Source of the DNA: the human T2T-CHM13v2.0 reference genome, Homo sapiens
Assembly (NCBI RefSeq): GCF_009914755.1
Contig: NC_060948.1
Direction: 5' to 3' (one strand)
Length of the DNA: 64,000 bases
Shown here: piece by piece, positions 17,431-32,585 of the stretch
How positions within the stretch are numbered: the stretch's first letter is position 1
Layout: every line of letters starts with the position of its first letter
The notes under the pieces: generated by a model
Seen by the model: the letters and a program-made list of their open reading frames with translations, nothing else
Told to the model about the DNA's origin: nothing
Databases searched by the model: none
Program-made: the position numbers and the translations under genes

Positions 17431-17693
17431 GTTAATGAACAATACATTTTCTATAAAAATGACTCGCATTTCCAGGCAGAAAGCAAAACAAGTCCCAGTT
17501 TTGAGGACAGCTGTGACATATTTAATGGTGTCTCTTCTTAATTCAACACAGTTTACACGACCATGACACAAGGGGTTCCAAGTTTCCAAGGAAAGGATTC
17601 CAGTTATGTGCTCAAGGTGTATCCACACTGGGCCGGGCGCGGTGGCTCACGCCTGTCATCCCAGCACTTTGGGAGGCTGAGGCGGGTGGATCA

Positions 17694-18089
<396 letters not shown>

Positions 18090-19504
18090 TCATCCTCCTG
18101 AGTACATGCAAGGTGCACTGAGACAGCTCCCCATAGAACTCCAAAAATAGCCCAGCTGGGAAGAAATGGAACATTCTGGGGGACACTGATTTTCATATTG
18201 AAATTTCCTATCTTTTTAAATTTATTGTGGTTGAGACAGGGTCACACCCAGGCGATTGCCCAACCTGGAGTGCAGTGGCATGATGCTAGCTCACTGCAGC
18301 CTCAACCTCCTTGGGCTCAGGCGATCCTTCAGCCTCAGCCTCCCAAGTAGCTGTGACCACACACGCGTGCCACCACATTTGGCTAATTTTTATGTTTGTA
18401 TTTTTAGACACAGCACCTCTCGCTTGGTTGCCCAGGCTGTGGTCACAGCTCACTGCAGCCTCCAACTCCCACGCTCAAGTGATCCTCCCACCTCTGCCTC
18501 CTGAGTAGCTGGGAATATAAGCACATACTAATTTTTTCTATTTTTAGTAGAGATGGAGTTTGGCCATGTTGCCCAGGCTGGTCTCAATCTCCTGTACTCA
18601 AGCGATCCACCGGCCTAAAGTGCTGGGATTACGGGCGTGAGCCACCACGCCTGGCCATGCAGCTGTTTTAATAAGCAATTCTGAGAAGACACAAATGCCC
18701 CCCTGCTCTTTTGTAATAATACTAACACAGATTACCGAATTACACTGACGAAAACCTCACATGCGTTACCTAAGGAAACACAGAGCCCCCAGTGTTAGAT
18801 CTGAATTGTTTCTCCACCCAGGACAAATAAGTGCATTCCAATTAGTGCCTCAAAAAAAAAAGGAAAAAAGTACCAATAAATAAATAAATAAATAAAACAC
18901 AGTAGAGCAGTTTCAACAAACTCCAGCCCTTATTTTTGGAAGGCCCACTTGTCAAGAACAGTGTTTATGTTTATAAATGTTTTTTCTGAATTTCTCAATG
19001 CTTAGGGAAAAAAAGTCAAAAGAGCAATATTATTTCTTGACACAACATTTATATAAAATTTAGTAATCCAAACTACTCAGGAGGCTGAGACAGGAGAATC
19101 GCTCGAACCCGGGAGGTGAAGGTTGCAGCGAGCCAAGATCGCGTCACTGTACTCCAGGCTTGGCAACAAGAGCAAAACTCTGTCTCAAAAAAAAAGAATG
19201 TTAGATAGTATCGGACATGCTGGGTTGGACACAGGACTGAAGAGCTAACTATAAACAATTTTAGGCAATTTCCACAAAAGTTACATGTCAGAAAAAGGAA
19301 AGGTGGGCTTTCCCAGGTTCTGCGTACCACCTATATTTTACCGTGACCAAGATTTTATAAGCCCAAGTCCCACGTATATTTTACAGCACTAACATTCACC
19401 TTCAAAGCAAGGAGGGTTTCTGTGTCTCCTCCTTCTTGGAAAATTTATCAAATTAAAAAAAAAAAAAGCTTAACTATTACTGTATGTTTTTAAAGAATGG
19501 TATT

Positions 19505-19842
19505 TGCTATATATAGTCTGAAAGTTTGTATTCCTCCCCCAAATTCCTGCATTGAAATCCTCACCCCTAAGACAATGGAGTCAGGAGGTGGGAGACTTGG
19601 GAGGTGATGAGATCATGGGGATCGAGCCTCATGAATGGGATCAGTGTCCTTATAAAAGGGACCCCAGAGAGCTCCCTCGCCCCTTCCACGCAGAGAAAAT
19701 GCATCATCTATGAACCAGGAAGTGGGTCCCCACCAGACACTGAATCCGCCACGATCTTAAACCTCCAACCTTTAGAACTGTGAGTGACAAATGTCTGTAG
19801 TTTATAAATTACCCAACTGAAGGTATTTTATTTTAGCAGCTC
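19505..19842 (+). mobile_element. MLT1A/MLT1A0-like ERVL-MaLR LTR (second copy 31585-31933; 5' stub only at 14205-14266)
   Basis: Matches recalled MLT1A consensus (cttataaaagggaccccagagagctccctcgcccctt; agaactgtgag; ggtattttattttagcagc). Confidence 0.8.
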
Positions 19843-19850
19843 CCTACTCA

Positions 19851-19955
<105 letters not shown>

Positions 19956-20498
19956 TTAAAAAAAAAAAAAAAAAAGTTGCATCAAGAATGAAAGGTGCAC
20001 AAAGGCAGCCAGGGATGCAAGCCCCTTCCACCCTGGGCCCTGGAACTGCACAGGCCACCTTCAAAGGTTTCTTTCCTGTCATCCTCCCAAGTCTACACGA
20101 ATATAAAGAAACACACTAGAAGCCTCTGATAGGATGGGGGCATCTCCAGAAATCCGAAGATTCAGGTTCTGAACCTCTGATCTGGGTGGGGCTGGGAGCT
20201 GCAGTTCCAGAAAGCAAATGAAGCCTTGGCTGTGATTCAGACCATTTCTTGGTAGCAAGCGTGTAGGGGAAGAAGAATGTGGACGGGGCAGGGGAAGGAA
20301 TGAATTCGGTCAGGACGGTGGCTGGAGAATGTCTGAGACGGCCACGTGCAGAGAGGAGCAGGCTGGCTGCGTCTCTCACTGTGCCTGGGACAGGCGGTGA
20401 CAGAGAAATGGGATTCCACATGAGAGTCAGAGACACCCAGTGAAGAAACAAAAGCAGCTTACAGGGTGAAAAGGACACAGACAGACACTGACACTCAG

Positions 20499-21550
20499 AA
20501 GAATGTTGCCAAGGGACCGCCACTGTGTATGAACTGAAAAGGTTCCCTAAGAATGCGGCCAAGGGACTGCTGCCGTGTACACACTGAAGACGCTCCCTAA
20601 GAATGCAACTAAAAGACAACACTGAAGACGTTCCCTAGGCATGTGGCTAAGAAACCACTGCCATGTACACATTGAAGACATTCCCTAAGTATGTGGCTAA
20701 GGCACCACTGCCATGTACACACTGAAGACGTTCCCTAAGTATGTGGTTAAGGGACTGCCGCCATATACACACTGAAGATGTTCACTAAGCAGGTGACTAA
20801 GGGATCGCCGCCATGTACTCACTGAAGACGTTCACTAAGCATACGGCCAAGGGACTGCCGCCGTGTACACACTGAAGACATTCCCTAAGAATGTGGCTAA
20901 GGGACCGCCGCCATGTACACACTGAAGATGTTCCCAAAAAATGTGGCCAAGGGACTGCTGCCATGTGCACATTGAAGACGTTCCCTAAGCAGGTGGCTAA
21001 GGGACCACCACCATGTACACACTGAAGACGTTCCCTAAGAATGCAGCCAAGGGACGGCACTGAAGACGTTCCCTAGGCATGTGGTCAAGGGACCGCACTG
21101 AAGATGTTCCCTAAGCATGTAGCCAAGGGACTGCCACCGTGTACACATTGAAGACATTCCCTACGAATGTGGATAAGGGACCTCCGCCATGTACACACTG
21201 AAGACGTTCCCTAACCATGCGCCCAAGGGACCTCCGCCATGTACACAGTGAAGACGTTCCCGAAGAATGTGGCCAAGAGACCACCATGTACACACTGAAG
21301 ATGTTCCCTAAGCATGTGGCCAATGGACCGCACTGATGACGTTCCCTACGCATGCGGCCAACGGACTGCCACTGTGTACGCGCGGAAGACATTCCCTAAT
21401 AATGTGGCTAAGGGACCACTGCCAAGTACACACTGAATATGTTCCCTGAGCATGTGGCCAAGGGACGGCCGTCATGTACACATTGAAGACGTTCCCTAAG
21501 AATGTGGCCAAGGGACCACCACCTTGTACACAGTGAAGACGTTCCAAAGG
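20499..21550 (+). repeat. 50/38-bp satellite array 2 (~22 units)
   Basis: Same consensus as array 1. Confidence 0.95.
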
Positions 21551-23729
21551 TCCAGTCATGGGCCTGCGAAACATCAGAGGAAAGAATGGTGTACAGGATC
21601 TAGTCATCCCACCACTGGGTGTGTACCCATCAATGGGATACCTGCCCCACTGTGCACTGCAGCACTACTCAGTTTCCAAGAGACGGAATAAACCCATGTG
21701 TCAATCAACAGATGAGTGCATCAAACAAATGTGGCATAGACACACACTGGAATAGTATGGAGCCATGAAAAAGGAAATCCTGTCATTTGCAGCAACATGG
21801 ATGGGACTGGAAGATACAAGGTGAAGTGAAATGAAACAGGCACAGAGAGACAAATACCATATCATCGCATATGTAGAATATAAAAAAGCTGAACACATAA
21901 ATGCAGAGGGTACAATGGTTGTTGCCAGCAAAGAATGCTGAAGTGTTTGTCAAAGAACACAAAATTTCAGTTGCTGGCCAAAAGCGGTGGCTCATGTCTG
22001 GAATCACAATGCTATGGAAGGCTGAGGAAGGAGGATCACTTGAGGCCAGGAGTTTGAGATAAGCCTGGGCAACAGAATGAAACCCCATCTCTAAAAAAAA
22101 AAAACAAAAAATTAGCTGGGTATGGTGGCATGCACCTGTACTCCCAGCTACATGGGAGGCTGAGGCAGGAGGATCGCTTCAGCCCAGGAATTCAAGACCA
22201 GCCTGAGCAACATAGCAAGACACCATCTCTACAAAAAATTTAAAAATTAACCAGGTGTGGTGGTGTGCACCTGTACTCCCAGCTACCTGGGAGGCTGAGG
22301 TGGGAGGGTCACCTGAGCCATGACTTGGAGGCTGCCGAGAGCTATGAACATGATGCTGTACTCCAGCCTGGCTATAGGGTGAGACTGTCTCAAAAAATAC
22401 ATAAATTACATTAAAATTAATTTTTTTCAGTTAGATAAAACAAATAAATTCCAAGATCTATCACACCACAGTGATGATAGTTAATAATACATCGCGTCTT
22501 TCACAATGACTAAAAGTAGATTTGACATATTCTCCCCACAAAAAAAACTAGGTGAGGTGATATAGGTCAGAGTTAGGATTATGTGAATATGTTAATTAGC
22601 TTGATTGTTAATATGTTAATTAGCTTGGTTAATACGTTATTAGCTTTATTTTAATATGTTAATTAACTTTATTGTTAATATGGTAACTAGCTTGATTTAA
22701 TCATTGCACAATGTGTACTTGGATTAAAACATTACATTGTACCATATATATGTATACAATTATTTTTTGTTAACGAAAAATAAATTTTCTATAAAAATGA
22801 CTTGCATTTCCAGGCAGAAAGCAAAACAAGTCCCAGTTTCGAGGACAGCTGTGATATATTTAACAGTGTCTCCTCTTAATTCAACACAGTTTATATGACC
22901 ATGACACAAGGGGTTCCAAGTTTCCAAGGAAAGGATTCCAGTTATGTGCTCAAGGTGTATCCACACTGGGCCGGGCGCTGTGACTCACGCCTGTCATCCC
23001 AGCACTTTGGGAGGCTGAGGCGGGTGGATCACCTGAGGTCAGGAGTTCCAGACCAGCCTGACCAATATGCTGAAACGCTGTGTCTACTAAAAATACAAAA
23101 ATTAGCCAGGTGTGGTGGCAGGCACCTGTAATCCCAGCTACTCAGGAGGCTGAGGCAGGAGAATTGCTTCAACCCGGGAGATGTTGGCTGCAGTGAGCCG
23201 AGATTGAGCTATTGCACTCCGGCCTGGGCAACAAGAGAGAAACTCCGTCTCAAAAAAAAAAAAAGACATATTCATGTTGAGATTTCTACACTGTGAAAAA
23301 AGATCTCCAATAGTGTGCATCAGGCACCCCAAAAATTCCCAATTCTATTAACCAATCAAATCTACTAGGAAATTGCAATTGGAATGACTCCACGGTTTCC
23401 CAGAAAGGCCAACACCATTCTAATAGAAAGCATTCACTGTTTTTATGCAAATCATTTCATCCATACCTCAAAACGACGTCATGTAGACTGGATAAAGAAA
23501 GGTGGGAGCATATACACTATGGAATACTATGCACCCATGAAAAAGAATGGGATTGGTTGGGCGTGGTGGCTCACGCCTGTAATCTCAGAAATTTGGGAGG
23601 CCGAGGCGGGTGGATTACCTGAGGTCCGGAGTTCAAGACCAGCCTGTCCAACATGGAGAAACCCTGTCTCTACTAAAAACACAAAATTAGCTGGGCGTGG
23701 TGGCATGCACCTGTAATCTCAGCTACTCA

Positions 23730-23834
<105 letters not shown>

Positions 23835-24304
23835 TCAAAAAAAAAAAAACGGGATGATGTCCTTTGCAGGAACCTGCATGGAGGTGGAGGCCATTATCCT
23901 TAGCAAACTTACACAGCAACAGAAGACAAAATACCTCCTGTTCTCACTGATAAGTGGTAGGTAAGCATTGGGTACCCGTGGATATAAAGAAGGGATCAGA
24001 CTCCGGGGCCTGCTGGAAGGTGGAGGGTGGGACAAACGAGAGGATTGAAAAATTACCTATCAGGTGGTAGTAGGCTTATTACCTGGTTGATGAAATAATC
24101 TCTACACTAAACCCCCAGGACATGCAATTTACCCGTGTAACGAACCTGCGCATGTGCCCCTCAACCTGAAATAAAAGTAAAAACAAGTAGGCCGGGAGCA
24201 GTGATTCCTAATCCCAGCACTTTGGGAGGGCAAGGCGGGTGGATCACTTGAGGCCAGGAGTTCGAGACCACCCTGACCAACATGATGAAACCCTGTCACT
24301 ACTA

Positions 24305-24463
<159 letters not shown>

Positions 24464-24997
24464 TCAAAAAAAAAAAAAAAAAAAACAATAAAAAGCACAC
24501 ACAAAACACTGTATGCTTCTATGGGGAACATTTTACTGATTTTTTTTTAACTCTTTTAAAATGTTAGATTAGTGTCTTAGGAAATCAGGGATTTCCAGAG
24601 GCAGGACTTCACGACACCAACGTTGAGTGTCAAAAGGATTCCTTTCAATGTAGAAGGTGCATGCCTGCTCTGGGCTTCCACAAATCCCCGAGACTTAATA
24701 AGACACCTGGCTCCGTCACTGATCAAAGAATGGGTACCACGACTTAGCATCCACTGCAAAGCTCCATGGTGCCTAGCTTTAGCCAGTTTGTTCACAGCCG
24801 TGATTAAGGTGTCCACAGCATCCTCACCAGCCTCAGGAACAGGGCACAGTCAACTCACCACAGGGGTGACCCCAGAAACAAGAGACACGACTGTAACAGG
24901 GACAATGTGCGGGACGCCAAAAACCAGAACAAGAGACAGGAATATTATAACAGGGACAAAGTCGACACCACATGGAAGATGGATGACTCATTTGTCA

Positions 24998-25459
<462 letters not shown>

Positions 25460-25866
25460 TCATCCTCCCAAGTCTACACGAATATAAAGAAACACACTAG
25501 AAGTCTCTGATGGGATGGGGGCATCTCCAGAAATCCGAAGATTCAGGTTCTGAATCTCTGATCTGAGTGCGGCTGGGGAGCTGCTGTTCCAGAAAGCAAA
25601 TGAAACTTTGGCTGTGATTCAGACCATTTCTTGGTAGCAAGGGTGTAGGGAAAGAAGGATGTGGACCGTGCAGGAGAAGGAATGAATGGGGTCAGGACAG
25701 TGGCTGGAGAATGTCTGAGATGGCCACGTGCAGAGAGGAGCAGGCTGGCTGTGTCTCTCACTGTGCCTGGGATGGGTGGTGACAGATGAGTGGGATTCCA
25801 CATGATAGAGACACCCAATGAAGAAATAAAAGCAGCTTACAGGGAGCAAATGACACAGACACTCAG

Positions 25867-26987
25867 AAGAAAGTGGCCAAGGGATCGTCCCCATGTATGA
25901 ACTGAAGACGTTTTCTAAGAATGTGGCCAAGGGTCCACACTGAAGATGATCCCTAAGAATGTGGCCAAGGGACCACCACCATGTAGGCACTGAAGACGTT
26001 CCCTAAGAATGTGGCAGCGGGATGGCCACTGTGTAGAAACTGAAGATGTTCCCTAAGGATGTGGCCAAGGGACCACCACCATGTACACACTGAAGACGTT
26101 CCCTAAGTATGTGGCGCAAGGGACCTCTGCTGTGTGCACACTGAAGACGTTCCCTAAGCATGTGGCTAAGGGACTGCTACCATTTACACACTGAAGACAT
26201 TCCCTAAGATGCAGCCAAGGGACAGCACTCAAGACATTCCCTAGGCATGTGGCCAAGGGACCGCCACCATGTAAACACTGAAGACGTTCCCTAAGCCTGT
26301 GGCTAAGGGACAGCCGCCATGTACACACTGAAGACATCCCCTAAGAATGCCGCAAAAGAACCGCCACCGTGGACATGCTGAAGATGGTTCCCCTAAGCAT
26401 GTGGTTAAAGGACTGCCGCCCTGTACACACTGAAGACGTTCCCTAAGAATGTGGCCAAGGGACTGCCACCATGTACACACTGAAGACGTTCCCTAAGCAT
26501 GTGGCCCAAGGGACAGCCACGGTGTGCACACTGAAGACGTTCCCTAAGCTTGTGGCTAAGGGACCACCACCATGTACACACTGAAGACGTTCCCTAAGAA
26601 AGCAGCCAAGAGACGGCAGGGAATATGTTCCGTAAGCATGTAGCCAAGGGACCGCCACCAAGTACAAACTGAAGACATTCCCTAAGCTTGTGGCTAAGGG
26701 ACCACCGCAGTGTGCACACTGAAGACGTTCCCTAAGAATGCGGCCAAGGGACTGCCGCCATGTACACACTAAAGACATTCCCGAAGAATTAGGACTAGGG
26801 ACTGCCACCGTGTACACACTGAAGACATTCGGGAAGAATGTGGCTAAGGGACTGCTGCCAGCTACACACTGAAGATGTTTCCTAAGCATGTGGTCAAGAG
26901 ACCAACATCGTGTACACACTGCAGACGTTCCCTAAGAATGTGGCCAAGGGACCCCCACCTTGTACAAAGTGAAGACGTTCCCTAAGG
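25867..26987 (+). repeat. 50/38-bp satellite array 3 (~23 units)
   Basis: Same consensus as array 1. Confidence 0.95.
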
Positions 26988-28239
26988 TCCAGCCATTGGC
27001 CTGCAAAACATCAGAGCAAAGAATGTTGTGCAGGATCCAGTCATCCCACCGCTCGGTGTGTACCCAAAGGAAAGGAAATCTGCCCATCAATGGCATACCT
27101 GCACCCCCTGTGCACTGCAGCACTACTAATAGTTTCCAAGATATAGAATCAACCCATGTTCAATCAACAGATAAGTGCATCAAGCGAATGTGGCATAGAC
27201 ACACAATGGAATGGTATGCAGCCATGAAAAAGGAAATCCTACCATTTGCAGCAACATGGGTGGGACTGAAAGATACAATGTGAAGTGAAATGAACCAGGC
27301 ACAGAGAGACAAATATCGTATCATCTCATAGGTAGAATCTAAAAAAGCTGAACGCATAAACGCAGAGAGTGCAATGGTGGTTGCCAGGGAAGAATGCTTC
27401 ATGAAGTGTTTGGCAAAGAACATAACATTTCAGTTGGAGGCCAGGAGCGGTGGCTCATGTCTGGAATCACAATGCTATGGAAGGCTGAGGAAGGAGGATC
27501 ACAGAAGGCCAGGAGTTTGAGAGAAGCCTGGGCAACATAATGAAACCCCATCTCTAAAAATAAAAAAAAATGAAAAAATTAGCTAGATATGGTGGCATGC
27601 ACCTGCAGTCCCAGCTACTTGGGAGGCTGAGGCAGAAGGATCACTTCTGCCCAGGAATTCAAGACCAGCCTGAGCAACATAGCAAGACCCCATCTCTACA
27701 AAACTTTAAAAATTAACCAGGTGTGGTGGTGTGCACCTGTAGTCCCAGCTACCTGGGAGGCTCAGGTGGGAGGGTCACCTGTGCCAGGAGTTGGAGGCTG
27801 CCATGAGCTATGAACATGACGCTGCACTCCAGCCTGGGTGATAGAGGGTGAGACTGTCTCAAAAACATAAATTACATTAAAATTAAATTTTTTCAGTTAC
27901 ATAAAAGAAATAAATTCAAAGTTCTATCATACCACACAGTGATTATAGTTAATAATAATACATTGCATCTTTCAAAATGACTAAAACTAGATTTTACATA
28001 TTCTCATCACCAAAAAAACGAAGTGAGGTGATATAGGTTAGAGTTAGGGTTATCTGAATATGTAAATTAGCTTGTTAATATGTTAATTAGCTTGATTGTT
28101 AATATGTTAATTAGGTCAATGGTTAATATGTTAATTCACTTAATTATTAATGTTAATTAGCTTCATTGCTAATATGGTAACTAGCTTGGTTTAATCACTG
28201 CACAATGTGTACTTGGATTAAAACATCATATTGTACCAT

Positions 28240-28267
28240 AGAGAGAGAGAGAGAGAGAATGTGTGTC

Positions 28268-28319
<52 letters not shown>

Positions 28320-28346
28320 TACAATATATATATACACACACACACA
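28240..28346. repeat. (GA)n/(GT)n/(TA)n/(CA)n compound microsatellite specific to one module copy
   Basis: Paralogous positions in the other four tail copies carry only a short catatatatgtatac-type motif. Confidence 0.9.
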
Positions 28347-28619
28347 ATTATTTTTTGTTAACGAACAATAAATTTTCTATAAAAGTGACTCCCATTTCCA
28401 GGCAGAAAGCAAAACAAGACCCAGTTTTGAGGACAGCTATGACATATTTAACGGTGTCTCCTCTTAATTCAATACAGTTTATATGACTATGTTCCAAGGG
28501 GCTCCAAGTTGTCAAGGAAAGGATTCCAGTTATGTGCTCAAGGTGTATCTACACTGGGCCGGGCGCGGTGGCTCACGCCTGTCATCCCAGCACTTTGGGA
28601 GGCTGAGGCAGGTGGATCA

Positions 28620-28922
<303 letters not shown>

Positions 28923-29219
28923 TCACAAAGCGGCGAGTGTTCCCAGTTATTACTCGGAGGGCCGGGCCTGCTCAGGAGGGTTGGTGAGATCAGGCTGTCC
29001 CCTAACACACACCATGGCAGGGCTCATCCTCCTGAGTACATGCAAGGTGCACTGAGCCGGCTCCCCATGGAACTCCAAAAATAGCCCAGCTGGGAAGAAA
29101 TGGAACGTTCTGGGGGACACTGATTTTCACATTGAAATTTCCTATCTTTTTAAATTTATTTTGGTTGAGACAGTCGCCCAGGCTATTGCCCAGCCTGGAG
29201 TGCAGTGGCATGATCGTAG

Positions 29220-29632
<413 letters not shown>

Positions 29633-31142
29633 TAGGCACAGGATCTCGCTGTTTGCCCAGGCTGATCTCAAACTCCTGGTCTCAAAAATCATCCTCCTGC
29701 CTCAGCCTCCCAAAGTGCTGGGATGACAGGTGTGAGCCATTGTGCCCGGCCTCATACCATTTTTGAATCATGAAACTTTATTATTCTTTGCAGTTTTTCC
29801 CCCAAGAATTTAGACATGTAAGAAGCAAACCAACACCTTTTAAAACTTAAACATAATTCCTAGCTTGTGGATCCAGTTTTGGAAGCGATTTAAATTCTAG
29901 AAAGCCTGCAGTAAACTGGCTATTTGATACGTTCTCAGAGTTCCTGCCTTTCCAGTTAAACACAAATAAAATAGGAGTCCGGTGACCTCGAACACCCCAG
30001 GGTAAGAACGCACAAGCTAAAAGCCAGTTGGAGCCTGAATGTGAAAAGGCAATCGTTCCTTCTGCATCAAAACATCTGCACCCACGGGTCCACCCGTCAG
30101 CCAAAAGCCACCTCAGCAATGCTACCAAAACAGGGAAAAGAAAGGCTACCCTCTTTCTTTCATGCAAGCCCTCTAAGATAACGCACAACCTACTAGCTCA
30201 CGTAAATTAGGGCACAAAGAACCCAACTGAAATCCCGGCAGAACAAGCACAACTTCTGCTTAATCATGAACTTATTTATTTATTTAGAGACAGGGTGTCT
30301 CTCACTCTGGTGCCCAGGCTGCACGACAGTGATGCAATCTCAGCTCACTGCAGCCTCGACTTTGTGGGCTCCAGTGATCCTCCCACCTCAGCCACCCAGG
30401 TAGCTGTGACCACACACGCGTGGCACCATGTTTGGCTAATTTTTATTTTTATAATTTTAGACACAGCATCTCTCGCTTGGTTTCCCAGGCTGTGATCACA
30501 GCTCACTGCAGCCTCCAACTCCCACGCTCAAGTGATCCTCCCACCTCTGCCTCCTCAGTAGCTGGGACTACAGGCACGCTCTCACTTTTTGTATTTTTAG
30601 TAGAGATGAGGTTTGGCCATGTTACCCAGGCTGGTCTCAAACTCCTGGGCTCAAGCGATCCACCGGCCTCGGCCTCCCAAAGTGCTGGGATCACAGGCAT
30701 GAGAGCCACCGCGGCTGGCCATGCAGCTGTTTTAATAAGCAATTCTGAGAAGACACAAATGCCACTCTGCTCTTTTGTGATAATATTAACACAGATTACT
30801 GAATTACAGTGACAAAAACTTCATATGTATTACCTAAGGAAACACAGAGCCCCCAGTGTTAGATCTGAACTCTTTCTCCACCCAGGACGAATAAGTGGAT
30901 TCCAATTAGTGCCTCAAAAAAAAAAAAAAAGAAAAAAGTAGCAAGAAAAAAAAAGAACAGTAGAGCAGTTTCCACAAACGCCAGCCCTTATTTTTGGAAG
31001 GCCCACTTGCCAAGAACAATGTTTACTTGTCAAAAACAGTGTTGACGTTCATAAATGTTTTTTTCTGAATTTCTCAACGGTTAAGGGAAAAAAAGGCAAA
31101 AGAGCAATAATATTTCTTGACACAACATTTATATAAAATTTA

Positions 31143-31328
<186 letters not shown>

Positions 31329-32585
31329 CTAGAAACAACTTTCAGGCAATTTCCACAAAAGTTACATGTCAGAAACAGGAAAGGTGGGCTTCCCCAGGTA
31401 CTGCAAACCACCTATATTTTGCCATGACCAGGAATTTTTTATAAGCCCAAGTCCCACGTGTATTTTACAGCACTAATATTAACCTTCAAAACACGGAGGG
31501 TTTCTGTGTCTCCTCCTTCTTGGAAAATTTATCAAATTAAAAAAAAAAAGCTTAACTATTACTGCATTTTTTTAAAGAATGGTATTTGCTACAATCTGAA
31601 AGTTTGTGTTCCTCCCCCAAATTCCTGCATTGAAATCCTCACCCCTAAGACAATGGTGTCAGGAGGTGGGAGACTTGGGAGGTGATGACTTCATGGGGAT
31701 CAAGCCTCATGAATAGGATCACTGTCCTTATAAAAGGAGCCCCAGAGAGCTCCCTCGCCCTTTCCACCATGTGAGCAGGCAGAGAAAATGCGTCGTCTAT
31801 GAACCAGGGAGTGCATCCCCACCACACACTGAATCTGCCATGATCTTGAACCTCCAGCCTTCAGAACTGTGAGTGATAAATGTCTCTAGTTTATAAATTA
31901 CCCAACTGAAGGTATTTTATTTTAGCAGCTCCCTACTCAGAGAGGCTGTGGCAGGAGAATCGCTTGAACATGGGAGGCGGAGGTTGCAGTGACCTGAGAT
32001 CACACCACTGCACTCCGGCCTGGGCGACACAGCAAGACTCCGTCTCAAAACAACAACAACAACAGTTGGATCAAGAATGAAAGGTGCACGAAGGCAGTGA
32101 TGAATGGAAGCCCCTTCCACCCTGGGCCCTGGAACTGCACAGGCCACCTTCTAAGGTTGCTCTCCTGTCATCCTCCCAAGTCTACACGGATATAAAGAAA
32201 CACACTAGAGGTCTCTGATGCGATGGGGGCATCTCCAGAAATCCGAAGATTCAGGTTCTCAACCTCTGATCTGGGTGGGGGTGGGGAGCTGCAATTCCAG
32301 AAAGCAAAGGAAGCCTTGGCTGTGATTCAGACCATTTCTTGGTATCAAGCGTGTAGGGGAAGAAGGATGTGGACAAGGGAAAGAGAAGGAATGAATGCGG
32401 TCAGGACGCTGGCTGGAGAATGTCTGGGATGGTGACGTGCAGAGAGGAGCAGGCTGGCTGCGTCTCTCACTGTGCCTGGGACAGGCGGTGACAGAGGAAA
32501 GGGATTCCACATGAGAGTCAGAGACACCCAATGAAGAAAAAAAAGCAGCTTACAGGGTGAAAAGGACACAGACACAGACACGCAG

